DNA from: Pecten maximus
Lineage: Eukaryota
Assembly: GCF_902652985.1 (NCBI RefSeq)
Contig: NC_047015.1
Location: forward strand, 372,001 to 436,000
Direction of reading: 5' to 3'
DNA: 64,000 bases
Shown piece by piece: positions 1-14,305 of this stretch (the stretch's first letter is position 1; each line of letters starts with the position of its first letter). A model generated the notes under the pieces. It did not search any database. It saw nothing but the letters and a program-made list of their open reading frames with translations, and had not been told where the DNA came from. A program made the position numbers and the translations under genes.

Positions 1-1486
1 TTAAAGTCACTAATCCATATTTTTGTGTGTCACTAAGTTCCCCGTGTACATGTGCTTCGTTTAATGCTTCGGTTACTAGAATCCCAATCTGGTTCCAGAA
101 TTTTTGGTAAAATTCTACTGATAAACCATCTGTTCCTGGACTTTTATTTTTTTTCATTTTTTTGATTGCCTCTGAACTTTCTTTCAATGAAATTAAACCT
201 TCACAACTATTTTATCCATTTCCGTGAGCCGTTCTACTTTTACACTATTTACATATTCATCGATATCTTTTTTGTCTAGATTTTCACTGCGATACAGATT
301 TTCATAAAACTGCTTTATTCGACTCATGACTTCACTAGGATCCTTAATAATATGACCGTTTTCGTTCTCAACTTCATTTATTACTTTTTGTGATTGTCTT
401 GCTTTTTCAAGACCGAGGAAATACTTGGTGTTTTTTTGCCCTCTTCTATCCATTTAATGCGTGATCTAACCTGTACCCCTTTAGCTTTGTCGTCATACAA
501 ATCATTTAATGCTTTTTCTAATTTCTTTATTTCTAATTTTTCAATTTCATTGATATTTTCTTTCTGGTTTAATATTCTTAATCTTTTTTCTAGGGTGTCT
601 AATTGTGTTTTAGTTGTTTTCGCAGCTTGACTACACAATTTAACACTTTCTTGTTTTATGTTGACTTTACAAAGATCCCATGTTTGCCTTTTGTTGAAGT
701 TCATTTGATTTGAATATTGCACAGAATCATTTATACATTTTGTTATTAATGTAATATATTGATTGTTACTCAAAATATTATTATTTAACTTCCATATACC
801 TGGACCCTTCCCTTTAGTTGTATACAATTTTAATGATATGCCTTGGTGATCCGTAGTTTTAATTTTAGCTGGTCTGATATCAGCAGATTTAACAGTATTA
901 ATGATATCTTTATTGACTAAAAAATAATCAATTCTGCTTGCTTCACCCTGTCTATTCCTACGCCAGGTAAATTGAAAATCCATAACAAATGTTTTTCTTT
1001 TTATTATGTTTTGCAAACGTTTTTCTATCTTTCGTTTGCAATGCCTCATTAAAGTCACCCCCAAGAATAATAGCCCCCTCAGCTCTGGATTTTATTTCTT
1101 TTAAGATATCTTTAAGGAAAGCATTTCTTTGCGTTGGTATGTTGGGAGCATACATATTACCAATTGTGTATATATCATTATTAATTTGCACGTTCATCAT
1201 AATAAATCTACCATTGGTATTTCTGTATATATCGTTTAGTTCTGCATGTAATGTTATGTTAAATAAGCATGATACTCCTCTACTTTTATTTCCTCCATAA
1301 TTATGTAAATATTTTGCAAAATCTTTTACTTCATTATTTATTTTTTCTATTATGTCTTGTGTATAGTGTGTCTCTTGTAATAAACATGTCAAATTTTTGT
1401 TGTATCAACCACTCGTATAACCTCTTACGCTTTCCCTTTTCTCGCAGTCCTTGGGCGTTAAGGGAAATTATATGTAAAGTCTTCAT
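1..1486 (-). mobile_element. Tx1/L1-clade LINE ORF2 (APE endonuclease and start of RT), frameshifted, runs off the left edge
   Basis: Motifs LLQETH, IILGGDFNE, SRIDYFLV, TDHQGI, GPGIWKLNN, VRSRIKWIEEG and KNKSPGTDGLSVEFYQKFW, split over several frames; ATG at 1486-1484. Confidence 0.9.
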
Positions 1487-2190
1487 TTTGCGTGTTTCTC
1501 TGTCTTTTTTGCTTTCTTATTTTCACTTTTAGCTGGCGACGGAGGCGTTCTGCTTTTAGAATGACTTCGTCCACGTTGAGAAGCAGGAGTACCAAAACTG
1601 CTTGGCTTCATATACTTTTGGAGTGTGTTTAATTGTACTGTTTCTGTCTTTCCTTCATTTTTTCTTTTCTTTTTGTTTTGCCTTTTCTTTTTTACGTTTT
1701 TCCCCTGTCTCTTCTGTGTCTGCATTTATTGGTTGTTCCGTTGTTTCCTCTTCTTCCTCGCTTTGTGTCTCTTCCTCTGACTTTTGTTCTACATCCGTGA
1801 TTGGACAATCTGATTTGTTATGCCCCTGTTCCCCCCAACTCAAACATTTCCACTCTTTCTCACAAATAGCAATGGTATGGCCTACTTCCAGGCATTTCGT
1901 GCATTTTTTATTTGTACCTCTTGGCTGGCCATAGTACCAAATATTCCCGTAATAACGTCCCATCGTCATGGATTTTGGTAAATCATGTTTGAGTTTTTTG
2001 ACAAACACTATTCTGTCGCCATTGTCGCAGTTTGTGAGCTTGTTGTTTATTCTAAGTTTCTCCCTGTACATGTCAAGGACTTCACAATCATTTTGTTCAA
2101 GGGTTCTTTTAATTATACCATCATCAGCAGATAGTGGTATATTGGATACCTTTATCCTTGTGGATGTTTCGGGGTCATGTTTTCATATAT
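1483..2190 (-). mobile_element. Tx1/L1 LINE ORF1 (gag-like, two CCHC zinc knuckles), 5'-truncated and frameshifted
   Basis: CTKCLEVGHTIAIC and CLSWGEQGHNKSDC (second C changed to W), followed by an acidic/basic low-complexity tail directly upstream of ORF2. Confidence 0.8.
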
Positions 2191-2339
2191 ATATCTAACA
2201 TATGATTCCTTTGTGAAATGCCTGTATTTTATAATCATATAAATTAGAGAGTTTGAAATCTGAAATGAAATACAAATAAAACAATTAAATGGCATTGGAA
2301 ACTAAATATGTATTTTATATACCGGTACTATATTTATCA

Positions 2340-2369
2340 AGAGACCTATATACTAGTATATAGGTCTCT
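2340..2369. repeat. 30-bp perfect palindrome flanked by direct repeats
   Basis: agagacctatatactagtatataggtctct, with atttatca on both sides (2332-2339 and 2371-2378). Confidence 0.8.
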
Positions 2370-4539
2370 GATTTATCAAACGGTGCTATATCCAATAAAC
2401 AGTTCTTCAAAATTTATTTCAATATTTCAAAGTTTGAAACCCGAAATGAAATACTGATAATAACTTGTTCATATAATGATAAAAAGAACGTGCATATGGG
2501 ATAAGAATGTGAAATGGCATCGAAAACTGTATGAAATAAAGGTTTTACATGGAGTGTCCAGTGGAGTCCTTGCCAACTTCCCCTGACACTCATTAGGTAC
2601 CTAAACAGTCTACCACCGAATGAGTGTACAGAGGAGTCAACGTGTTGAAAATCAAGACTTTTAACCTTCAAAACTAATTTATAATATTAATTATTTATTA
2701 GACCCTTTTATGTCCAATACATATATAATCTGTCAAAATGTATTGCAGTATTTCAAAGTTAGAGTCTGCAACTAAATTGTGAATCATGATACGAGATTCG
2801 TCTTAAATAATAGAAAAACGGCCGATGGATTTTTACTGAAATAAATGGTGATAATTCGTGCCATTTCGGGAAGATAAATGTGTACAAGTTTGTACATGCA
2901 GTGACATACCATACTCCTACATTTGTGTAACCAAGGACAGATCTATTAAACATCTTAAGTCCCTTATATCTAACATAAAAAGGCCACTGATTTTATCTTG
3001 TATCCGACCTTATTGGGCTGATACCTAGTGAGATTAGAACCATCTTCTTGGGATCTAGATAAACCCTATACCCTACCGCATTGTTCCGACAGTAAACGTT
3101 CAAAGCCGACCCCTTTTCACGAAATGTGTTTTAAAAATCTCGAAAATGCACAACTCAAATATATAGAACTAATATATTAAAAATCCAATCGGAAATATAT
3201 AGAACTAATATTTCAAAAAGCCAATCGTACGTATTACGTAGTCATCAATAATAGTAATTGACGATTATTCACTCAGGCAACAAACGGTAATTTTTGTACA
3301 CGGTGTTGTTGCAGTAGCACAAGATGAAGAACATAACATTTGGTAATAAAATGACTTTTTTGGTAGCAACAAAATAAGCAAACTGATGGTGTGGGACAAA
3401 CAGCACGACACCTAATTTGTTAGTTACATGACTCCGCCTATTGAGAGCTTTCGTCACCTGTCACCGTCTTCCATTGAACACAAGTAGGCGGAGACGCGGG
3501 TTAGTTGACAGCTAGACAGGCCCCAAAGTTATATAAACTAATCCAATTAGACTACACCGCAGGTGGGCGGAGTCACCGATAAATGATCTTTTTTTTTTTT
3601 TAATATTAATGCATTTATTGATCACTTCGAAATTGTATGTATGCATTCACGGTCATGATGAAACAATAAGTTTTTATAAGTATTTTATTTCAGGTTTCAG
3701 ATTTGAAATTCCACATTTGACATATAAGAGACGTGTACATAAGAAACACAGAGAATGTCTTTATTCTTCTCTATCAAAAATGGTATAGATATAAATTTTC
3801 TTTGTGACATCATGCCAGAAAGTGTAGGGGAAATCCGTAATAATTTAAATTCCCATTATCTGAGACAACATAACTTTCGATTAGAAAATATGCGTATTTC
3901 CTTCTTTCCGTTGTCCATCAAACTGGAATGATCCAGATAGAAGTTCATTAAAAGAAATATACCTAGGAAGTGTCCAATAATAACTGCATCTTGGTGTGTG
4001 GCTCCCGCATGTTAAAAATACTCCATAGCCGTTTGAAGAACCGTGCTAGCTCTCTTAACTTAACGTAAAAAAGAATGTTAGTATTTAACTTAGAATGTAT
4101 AGTTTTCGTATTTATTGTAGAACTCAAAGTTTACGATGTTATTAAACGTTCTAATTACTGAACTGAAACTGTAACTGAAAGAATAATCGTAGCTGATGAA
4201 ATAGTAAGTTTTTATTTGTATTTTATTCCGGGTTGCAGTATGTTTTATATTAATTAACAGGGACATGTCAAGTTGTTATGTAAACCAATACAATTACCAT
4301 GCTTAAATGAAAGACCCAATACATTCAAGTTTAATACCCTTTTTAATTTTGTCGTAGATAATGAATTGAAATAACTTGTGAAATTAATTAAGCAAATAAA
4401 TATTCGACTCGACACTATTTAAAATATATTCTCTTGCTTATACAATTACCGGTCACACCGCAGGTGGGCGGTGCTACGGGATTACTTTGTCAGATCACAG
4501 GTAGATGGACAATGATGTGATCACCGAAGGCTGGATTCA

Positions 4540-5215
4540 GTAACAAAATACAATAATATACACTCGTCCGATCGAAGTGAAATTTTGCATGATGTTTGAT
4601 AAATATATAATCTGTATGTTACAGGAAAAAATAATCAAAAAATATAAATTAACGACTTCCTGGGCGTGTAAAAACCTCCCTGGACACTCATGTGCCGATC
4701 GCGCCGTAATACAGGGCAACTTCGTCGTAACTTCGTAAGATTTAATGGTAAAATTTAGTATTATGCACTCGTCTGATCGAAGTGATATTTTGCATGACGT
4801 TAGATAAAGGTATAATCTGTATGTTACAGAAAAAATAATCAAAATATAAATTAACGGCTTCCTGGGCGTGTAAAATACGCCCAGGACACTCAAATGCACG
4901 CTATAATGCACATTCAGCGGTGCATTTTCGTATTATACACTCGTATGATCAAAGTGAAATTTTGCATGGTGTTAGATAATGATGTCATTAATATGTTACA
5001 GAAAAAAGTATAAAAAAATCTTGATTAACGAATTCCTGGGCGTGCAAAACGTCCCTCGACACCCGAGTGCACGTTGCACTGCAACTTCAGAGGTGCATTT
5101 TCGTATTATAAAATCATTTGATCGAAGTGAAATTTTGCATGGTGTTAGATAATGATGTAATTTATATGTTACAGAAAAATTATCAAAAAAATCCTGGGCG
5201 TGCAAAATGTCCCAA
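4540..5215. repeat. Imperfect tandem repeat (~180-200 bp, ~4 copies), probably the interior of a non-autonomous DNA element
   Basis: Recurrent gatcgaagtgaaattttgcatg...tatgttacagaaaaa...cctgggcgtg blocks. Confidence 0.7.
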
Positions 5216-5296
5216 CATTAGATGGTATATCAAGAGTATATAGATAACGGGATGACATAGATCTTCGATAACGTTATATTAATCTATATTGTACAT

Positions 5297-8200
5297 ATGT
5301 ATCACACTCCAAAAAATCTTATGTTTTATTTTAAAGTTCTTATATTGATGATGTTTCTATGTAATGACGTACAACTAAACCCAGGCCCAGATGAATACCA
5401 AAATAACATCTCAAGTGCGTATTATCAAGATGATATTATAATAAGTCATGTAAATGTTTGTTCCTTAAGAAATAAGACCGTGGCTATCGAAAGCGAATTT
5501 TCAGATATTGATATAATATGTTTAACTGAAACTAATTTAAATACAAATATTACTGACAGTGATATACTCTTAGATAGTCACAAAGTTATATTTAGGAAAG
5601 ACAGAGAAACACACAGGGGAGGAGGAGTGGTAGTCTATGTTAAAGATTATTTGTATGCTAGAAGAAGAATTGACCTAAAAATGGATGGTATGGAAATCCT
5701 GTGGCTGGAAGTTAAAGTCAGTGACAAAATATTTCTTGTTGGATGCATGTATAGACCGCCAAATTCTCTAGTAGATTTCTGGAATATATTTGATAATATG
5801 TTAGACAAAGTTATAGATTTAAATAAAGATGTGATACTTTTAGGTGATATTAATCATGATATGCTTAACCTAACTCCAAACTCTAGACTTTCAAGAATAA
5901 TGACCAAATATGATTTAACTAATCACATACACGAGCCGACTAGGATCACTCCAAACTCTGCCACCAGTATTGATGTCATTATGTCAAATAATTGTAATAT
6001 AGTAAAAAATGTTGTAGTGAATGCACCATTCTGTAGTGATCACTGTTCAACTAGAGCAGAAATAACATATAAAACCTTAAACAAAAATGTTATAAAAAAA
6101 CTGTGTTGCATTATAAGAACACAGATTTTGTAAGAGCAAATGAATATATGTCATCTATTGACTGGGAAGATAAACTATCACATTTACAAGTAGAGAATAT
6201 GAATGAATATCTTACACATGAAATACAGGAATGCGCAGATAAATTTGTACCCCGTAAAACCATAACATTAAGACCGAACGACAAACCTTGGTTCAATAAT
6301 GATATCAGATTAAAAATTAGACAAAGAAATAGACAACACAAAAAAGCTAAACAAAATAATACTGACATAGCATGGAGAACATTTAGACACTTACGGAATG
6401 AGGTTATTACACTAGTCAGGAAAGCTAAGGAAACATATCTAGGAAAACTCCAAAATTCTCTTTCTGATAAATCTATGCCAAAAGGGTGAATGGTGGAAAA
6501 TTGCTAGAAAAGTACTAAATATCAGCAATAAAAGTAATGACAATTCACCCTTAGAAGAGAACGGTAAGATTATAACTCATCCCATCAAGAAAGCTGAAAT
6601 ATTAAATAAATACTTTGCCACAATCTCCACATCCAATAAAACAGATGAAGACATTACACCATTAACTGATTCTCCACCATTCACCTTTGGCAACATCAAT
6701 ATTACAGAGCAGGATATTAAAGATCAGCTCCATCTTTTAAAGGTGGATCAATCAGCAGGTCCGGATAATATCTCTCCATATTTTGTAAAAGGCATATCTG
6801 AATCACTTGTAAAACCCTTACAGATACTATTTGATAAATCAATAGAATCGAGTTATCTCCCTTACACCTGGAAATGTACTAATGTTGTCCCAATATATAA
6901 AGGTAAAGGACAAAAGTGTGATCCAACTAACTATAGACCAATTTCTATTACGCCAGTGTTCGAAAAATGTTAGAAAAAAATTGTCTTTAAATATCTATAT
7001 AATTATTTGTCCACTAATAATATAATTTCAAAAAATCAGTCAGGTTTTCTACCCAAAGACTCTACAGTTAATCAACTAATGTCACTGTATAATACTATTA
7101 CAAGGGAACTAGATGAGGGAAATGAAATAAGACTAGTTTTTTGCGACATAAGCAAGGCTTTTGATAGGGTATGGCACGGGGGGTTACTAATTGGAGAAAT
7201 ATGGAATTAATGATAATATGTTTAGGTGGTTCGAAAATTATATCAGAGATAGAAAACAGAGAGTAATATATGATGGTTTCCATTCTACTTGGCAAACGTT
7301 AAAAGTTGGTGTACCACAGGGCTCTGTCCTTGGACCATACTTATTCCTTCTATATATTAATGATCTAGAAAATGAGATTGGGTGTAATATAAAGTTATTC
7401 GCTGATGACACTTCACTGTACATAATAATAGATGATAACCAACAACAAGCAGCTGCTAGACTGAACGATGATTTACGTAAAATATCCAAATGGGCAAATG
7501 ATTGGGGTATACTTTTTAACCCGGATAAAACTGAATCCTTAATAGTATCTAAGAAAATTAATGCAAATAACTTACATCCAAACTTGATATTTAATAATAT
7601 TCGGGTAAACAACATTACAAATCATAAACATCCAGGTGTCTTTTTAAATGAACAAGGTAACTGGACACATCATATAAACTTTATCTATGAGAAGGCTTGT
7701 AAAAGAGTGAATATACTTAGAATGTTAAAATATAAACTATGTAGAAAGGCACTTGAAACCCTGTATGTCACACTTATTAGACCCATACTTGAGTATGCTT
7801 GTGTTATATGGGACAACTGTACAAAACAAGAAAAATATCTCTTGGAATCAATCCAGCTTGATGTAATACGAATAATTACTGGACTAAAAACGGATGGGAA
7901 AGCTTACAGACTAGAAGGGACAAACATAAACACATCTTCTTCTTTAAAATAGTAAACAAAATGACCCCAAGATACCTACATGAAATTATTCAACCTTATG
8001 TAATAAACCCAGAAGAAAATATACACAATCTTAGACACTCCAGAATTTTCAATGTGCCTCGTCACAGAACCATGCTATATACTGATAGTTTCTTTCCCAG
8101 TATGACGAACATATGGAATAGTCCCAATAATAGTTTTAACAATATTAATAACATAAGTAGCTTTAAAAGGGAAATTCAAAAGACAATAGTAGGAAACACA

Positions 8201-9192
8201 GCTCAAACAGTATGCACACCTGTATTTAAGTATTCAGGACCAAGAAAAGTTAATATAATAATGTGTCAATTAAGAAATGGAGTGAGTCAGCTAAATTATG
8301 ATCTGTTTAAAGATCATTTGAAAAATACTTCAAATTGTTCCTGTGGTTACAGAATTGAAAACTCCTACCATTTCTTCTCTGAATGTCCTCGCTTTACTGA
8401 TGCTAGACAAACTCTATTTCAAGATTTTACATTAATTGATATAGACATGTCTTTAGATATAATTCTAAACGGCAATCAAGAAATTAATCATGTACAGAAC
8501 CAGGATTTGTCTGAGTGTGTGCATAGATACATTATTGCTACACAACGGTTCAAATAGCTGATATAGACATATAATTACAAGTATATTTATTATAAATTGT
8601 TGATGGTGTTATAGTAATTCTATGAATTATATTCTATGTTGAAATAATAGTATTAAACCGTAATGGCTGGTAAAATTATGTTATTATGATATTATTATAT
8701 ACAAAATAATTACCTGTGTTGATTGACTACTGGGCATCACTTGCCAGTGGACTTTATGTGGTCATGATTCATAAGGTATATACGTATACAAGTAGTATGA
8801 AATAACTAATTTAAAAGTTATGACATAATATATTTAAGTATTGTATTTATTGTGTAACACCAAAATAATACTAGTACTCTTAGTATCTGTTGTTTTTGAA
8901 CCACAGTGTAAGTAATGCCCACCAGCTCATAGTATCTTCTAAATATCTAAAATTAGTTTTAATAACAATTATATAATTGCATGCATGCAATGTCTGTGAA
9001 TGTATAATGTGTGTTTGTGTGTATGAGAAAGTATGTGTTCTAATTGTCTAGTTTTTTTTTTCATTTTCCCCCATTCATTTACAATATCTATTAATTTTCA
9101 TTTATTATATACTGGAAGCTAGGGAGAGAGCTTATATAGGCTATGCCTGTTGCTTAATCCCCATTGATTTATCAATAAAATATGTTTGAAAC
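5297..9192 (+). mobile_element. CR1/L2-group LINE ORF2 (2A-like motif, APE, RT, C-terminal Cys/His motif) plus 3' UTR; several frameshifts
   Basis: LCNDVQLNPGP, ICLTET, GGGVVVYV, MYRPPNS, LGDIN, SDHC, KPWFN, SAGPDNI, NYRPISIT, QSGF, DISKAFDRVWH, GVPQGSVLGP, LFADDT, RPILEYA, CSCG..ENSYHFFSEC; 3' end with AATAAA at ~9174. Confidence 0.92.
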
Positions 9193-10420
9193 GAAACCAG
9201 TATTATATTTAGTGTTAAAAGTCATATTGGTTGTGTTATATAACTTCTATCATAAATGCAAATCTATATTAAATAATGGGAACATATAATATATTGAAGG
9301 AATATAAGTACGATATTGTTCACCAAACTTTCACTGTAGTTGAAATAATACAATCATTAAATTCATTAATCAACAGAAAGGTTGCTGAATTGAAATCATT
9401 TAACCTTTTAGAAATCTTCTTACTATTTTTCTATTGCAATATAACTTTCTTTCACACATTTATAAGATACCTAATAGTTACCATGTTGATGTTTTATAAT
9501 TCCAACATTCTCATTATAATGAGCAAATCCACATTAAATTGTATAATGCAAAAATAAGAATCCAAATAATAAATGATTTAATATACATGTACAATCCATG
9601 GTTATAGCTATAACCTAATATGCAAGAAATAGCGAGTGCAGGACAAAGTAATATGATCATTTTCATTTTTATGACATCATTAATAATAAAAATGTGACCC
9701 CATTACCGATTTATATTATTACCATAACTTGGTGATGAGTAAGAATATGAGCATTATATGATTGACTACTTAATTGTATCAAGTTTCTGTGTGATATATT
9801 TGTTTGTTTTTACTTACTGGACAATATGAATTTGCCATACTTAAATTTATAAATGACTCCACCCCACCCTTTAGCCACTCAATACTTTGACAGATATGGG
9901 TCCTATAACCTCATTTTTTTTTAAGTGTGAGATATACTGAAGATTAATTTCCTAAGACTTTATTAAACCAGGTATTAAATCAATTATCTTAAATGGGTCA
10001 TTTGCCATCAGTATAAAAACTTTAAAGATGAGTATGAATTAAAAAATATTGTATCAGGTACTGAGCTCGTTACTATTCTTTTGCACGTTGCACAATTAAT
10101 ATTAAGTACATTAAATATTCCATAATTACATTAAAACATTACATAATATGCAAAATATTTCATATAGATTATATGGAGACCCTTAAAAAGTTCAAGGAGA
10201 ATAAGACCATCAGGGGTGAATTCAGATGGGCTTCAAAATTTCAAAATTTACTCTGTGATGATATGATTGAAAATTATGGTCCATTAGATGGTTTAACTTC
10301 ATAAGGAAACCTCAAGAGATTCTTCTTCAACTGTACTAAACATGTATGTTTAATGTTTTCCATTTTTAGGTAAAGGCTTAAGACATATTATTGTTTTAAT
10401 ATGCTATCAAATGCAGAAAT

Positions 10421-10807
10421 TATGGTGGCATATTTCTGCCATCGAGTTGCCGAGTTACGACTTAAAGATGTCGACATGATTCCGAGAGGATGTCAACATC
10501 ATAAAGAAATATGTCGACATAAACCGAAAAATATGCCGACTTATTAGCTTAATTGCCGAGATAATAACGTCGTGATAATTATCTAGGAAGTCGGAAACTT
10601 GGCTTTATATGGTACGGTGGCATATATCTGCCATCGTTTTTCTAGATAATTATCAAGGCAATATTATCTCGGTAAGTAAACTATTAAGTCGACATATTTT
10701 TCGGTTTATGTCGGCATATTTTTTGATGATATCGACATCTTCTCAGAAAGATGTCGACATATTTAAGTCGTAAGTCGGCAACTCGATGGCAGAAATATGC
10801 CACCATA
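10421..10807. mobile_element. Palindromic MITE with long (~150 bp) imperfect TIRs
   Basis: tatggtggcatatttctgccatcgagttgccga... versus ...tcggcaactcgatggcagaaatatgccaccata; an extra partial terminus copy at ~10613. Confidence 0.85.
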
Positions 10808-11129
10808 TGTTCACTCCCCTTTTGGCTGAGGTTTCTTACTGTGATTCTTCTCTTTACTAGCCTTCTCTTGACCTTGGCGGTGACATTGACCCCCTGTTGA
10901 GTTTCTTTGTCCTGTCCAAACGATCTTGTGCTGCCCTGTGAATTGTTAGAAGGATTGTTAATATTTTTCTTGTAAGAATTCATCTTTTCCGTTTTTTCCG
11001 CCATGGACTACATTTGCTCACTCATTTTTTCTATTTGTGATACCAGCAGATTTATTTTCTGGTCGTTAGTGTCCATTTGTAGAGAATGGTGTTGGTGTTT
11101 TTACCTTTCACCTTATCCGAATCACTAAG

Positions 11130-12365
11130 CTCTATCTCCACTGGCCATGCGTACAATGCTGCTTCACATGCAAGCACAGGCTGTACACCATTTTATCATA
11201 TGTTTGGGAGGATATCCTAGGTTGGCTGCAGATGCATATTTTGGTTTGCATGAGGGAAATGTAGAACAGTTTCAGCCAAAAACTGAGTATATCAAGAAGT
11301 TACAGTCACGTTTACGCATATAAAACTGCTTCAAAACAGGCTAGAAAGTCATCTGACAGATACAAAACTCATTATGATGTCAAGGTGAGAAATTCTATCC
11401 TCCAGCCTGGTGATCGTGTACTGGTCAGAAATGTCAATTTAAAAGGCAAATCCAAATTAGCGGATAAATGGGAATAGTTGTCATACAAGGTTATTTCCAA
11501 GCCTCATGCTGAAACCCGTGTTTATAAAGTAAAGCATGTACATGGAGTTTGTAGAGTAAGGACTTAACATAGAAACATGTTGTTGCCTTATGTTGGGGTT
11601 GAGAGGTTCAGTAGTGTAGACCAAAAGGAATATGGGTCGGATCTGACAACGGTCAAGGTGAAATCCTATAGCAAGGGCAAGGTCATTTCTAGAGATTGTG
11701 AATATACAGCTGAGTCAGGAGGGAGTGGGACGGAATCAAGTTCCGATTCGGATAGTGAGTATATGTGTGGCCTAGTGACTGGTAGTATAGCACTTAATCC
11801 TCGAGCACAGGAATTTATCAATCGAATGAATTCTGTTACTGGTATGCCCAGCTGTTAACATAGTGTTTTGTCCTGAATTTGTCATTTGAAATTTCTTCAG
11901 TTACTGTTGAGGTTGACAGGGATGGAAACACAATGAGATGATTTATTTGATTGTACATGATATAGCCTTGCAGTCATGGATTTACAATTTTCAGAATGAT
12001 GGTTTTTTTTTATTTCCCAATTGCTTTATACTTGGAATTGTTGCACATTGCACTGATCTAATAATGAACACTTCAAATCTCCTTTTCATGTGTTCTATTG
12101 AAATGTATTTATGCTGATTTTCATATGTATACTTAGTGTAATGCTGGTAATTAATGATTGAACATATGATTATGCATTTAATGATTAAACATTGTTGTTT
12201 AACATGTACTGTTTATAAACTTTGTTTTTTATAACTAATGAACATCAATATTTTTGTCTATTGCAGGTACTTTAATCAATATTTTTCAATCTACTTTCAG
12301 GTTTTTTCCAATCGATAATTAGATTTAGACTGGTGTCGAGACGACATTTCCCTACATGGGGAGTA
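11130..12365 (+). mobile_element. Gypsy LTR-retrotransposon remnant: integrase C-terminus, 3' region and PPT
   Basis: HAYNAASHASTGCTPFYHMFGR, YDVKVRNSILQPGDRVLVRN..GKSKLADKWE, HRNMLLP with stops; purine-rich atgggggagta immediately before the LTR. Confidence 0.8.
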
Positions 12366-13024
12366 TATCACAGGGATACAAAATGTGTATATATACTAGG
12401 TAAATCATTATTTAATTATAGTTATCTTGTATCTGTATGTCTAAGTACATGTGCACGTGCTCCAAAGTGTACTGTCAGCGTCTTGTCTGTTTAGTATTCG
12501 TTACTGTTCGTACGTTGATGTGTAATCCCATAGATGGTATGTTACCACCTGTCAGTAGTGTCCGTGTGTGTCTATATTTGGCAGTGTTATGTGTCCATGT
12601 ATGACAGATGAGAATGTCGTGCAAAAGTGCATGTGTAGGTTAACAAAACCCTGATACTTTCGCGGTACCGCGCAGTCGGCCGGTATAGAGTATTGAGGAC
12701 GTATCCTCTTGGGTCCTTTGCTCGGGAGTACATTTCTACTCATACATGTAGAAGTATATAGACGACACATTTTGATACAGCTACAACCAGTTGGTGGAGG
12801 TAACTATTATCTATACTTTGTGTAGAATAAATGTAATAGTCGCGACATCTAAATCATTGTAGGAACAATAATACTTGCTATAATTGTCAATGTATCCTTA
12901 GGCCAGTTTCTGTATATTTCAAGTTCTTTTTAATTCATGTGTGTTTCGTCCGTGTCGAGGTTGGAAATAAAAGAACTATCAGCAGTAGTGGAAGTCTCCA
13001 TTATTATTCCATTTGGCTGTGACA
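12366..13024 (+). mobile_element. 3' LTR of the Gypsy remnant
   Basis: Starts T(a)TCACAG right after the PPT and ends CTGTGACA (inverted termini); AATAAA at ~12966. Confidence 0.7.
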
Positions 13025-13219
13025 CACCTTTCAGACATCGTAAGTATTGGCATCCTAACGAACAACGCTGAGGTACATATAGCCTAAAGGGTATATCACT
13101 ATGTGTAAGATGGGGATGTTATCTACTAACCAATCCTGACCCTAAACCTTAAATATGGGCGTGTTTTTACCGCTATAGCGCCTTTTCTAATTATAGCCCT
13201 AGGTCTTGCTGAAAGTCGT

Positions 13220-14305
13220 AGTGAATGGTTTGAGTGATCACTATCCTGTGTGTTTTGTAACGTAAATTTGATACAAAGTTTGCACACACTTCAATACATT
13301 ACAGATCATTTAAAAACTTTGATACACAGTCAATCCTAAATGGCCTTGAACTTGTACCATGGTCTGTAATCGAGTCCCTTTCGGATGTTGACGATGCACT
13401 CCAAGCTTTTATATACCTTTTTCTCAGTATTGTCGATCAGCATGCACCTAGACTGCAAAGGAGAGTCAAAAAGCCCTCTCAGCCGGAGTGGATGGATGAT
13501 AACATCCTATAAACATCCGTCTGAGAGACCACCTTAAACAGAATGGTGATTCTGACAGTTATCGTAATCAGCGAAACAAAGTGACGAAACTCATTAAAGA
13601 TGCCAAGTCCGTCTTTTTCCAAATTGTTATTGAGAATTATCTCGATAACCCCAGTAAACTCTGGAAATTGATTCGTGTGGTGGCTCCGAAGCAATGCACT
13701 TCTTCTCCAAGCATGATTCATGTAGATGACCTGTTTTTGACAAGCTAGATATTGCTGAATCATTCAATACATTTTTTTCTTCTATTGCTAATGGCTTGTG
13801 TAAACCTTTGAATGATGTATCTACTTCATTAGCACTTGACGTAATTCCATCAACTCCAATATCACTGAAAATAGTATGTTTTCAATTCCCAGTGTTACTG
13901 TCAATTTCACTGAAGATTTTCTTAGTTCTGTAGATGTTCACTAGGCCATAAGTCTGGATAGTATCAGTTGTAAGCTCCTAGCAAGTTCACAAATTTCGTC
14001 ATCTTTAACTTATATTCTGAATTTGAGTGTTATGTCCATAACAGTTTTTATACATTTTTGACTGATAACAATTTACTTGTTGCCTCACAATCACGGTTTC
14101 TTAAGAATCATTCTTTGAGACTGCCCTTCTCAATATTGTAAACAAATGGGCAAAAGAAGTTGACAATAGATATATCAATGGTGTTGTGTTCATAGACTTT
14201 AGACCTTTGATGTTGTGAACCATCAAGTATTAATTCAAAAACTTGCATTATATCAATGTGATCATACATCATTGTGTTGGTTCGAATCCTATCTTTGAGC
14301 TCGAT
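13220..14305 (+). mobile_element. Degenerate L2/CR1-group LINE ORF2 fragment
   Basis: GLSDHYPVCF, RSFKNFD, SIVDQHAP, RVKKPSQPEWM, NGVVFIDF, FDVVNHQVLIQKL, LCWFESYL with many stops and frameshifts. Confidence 0.75.
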
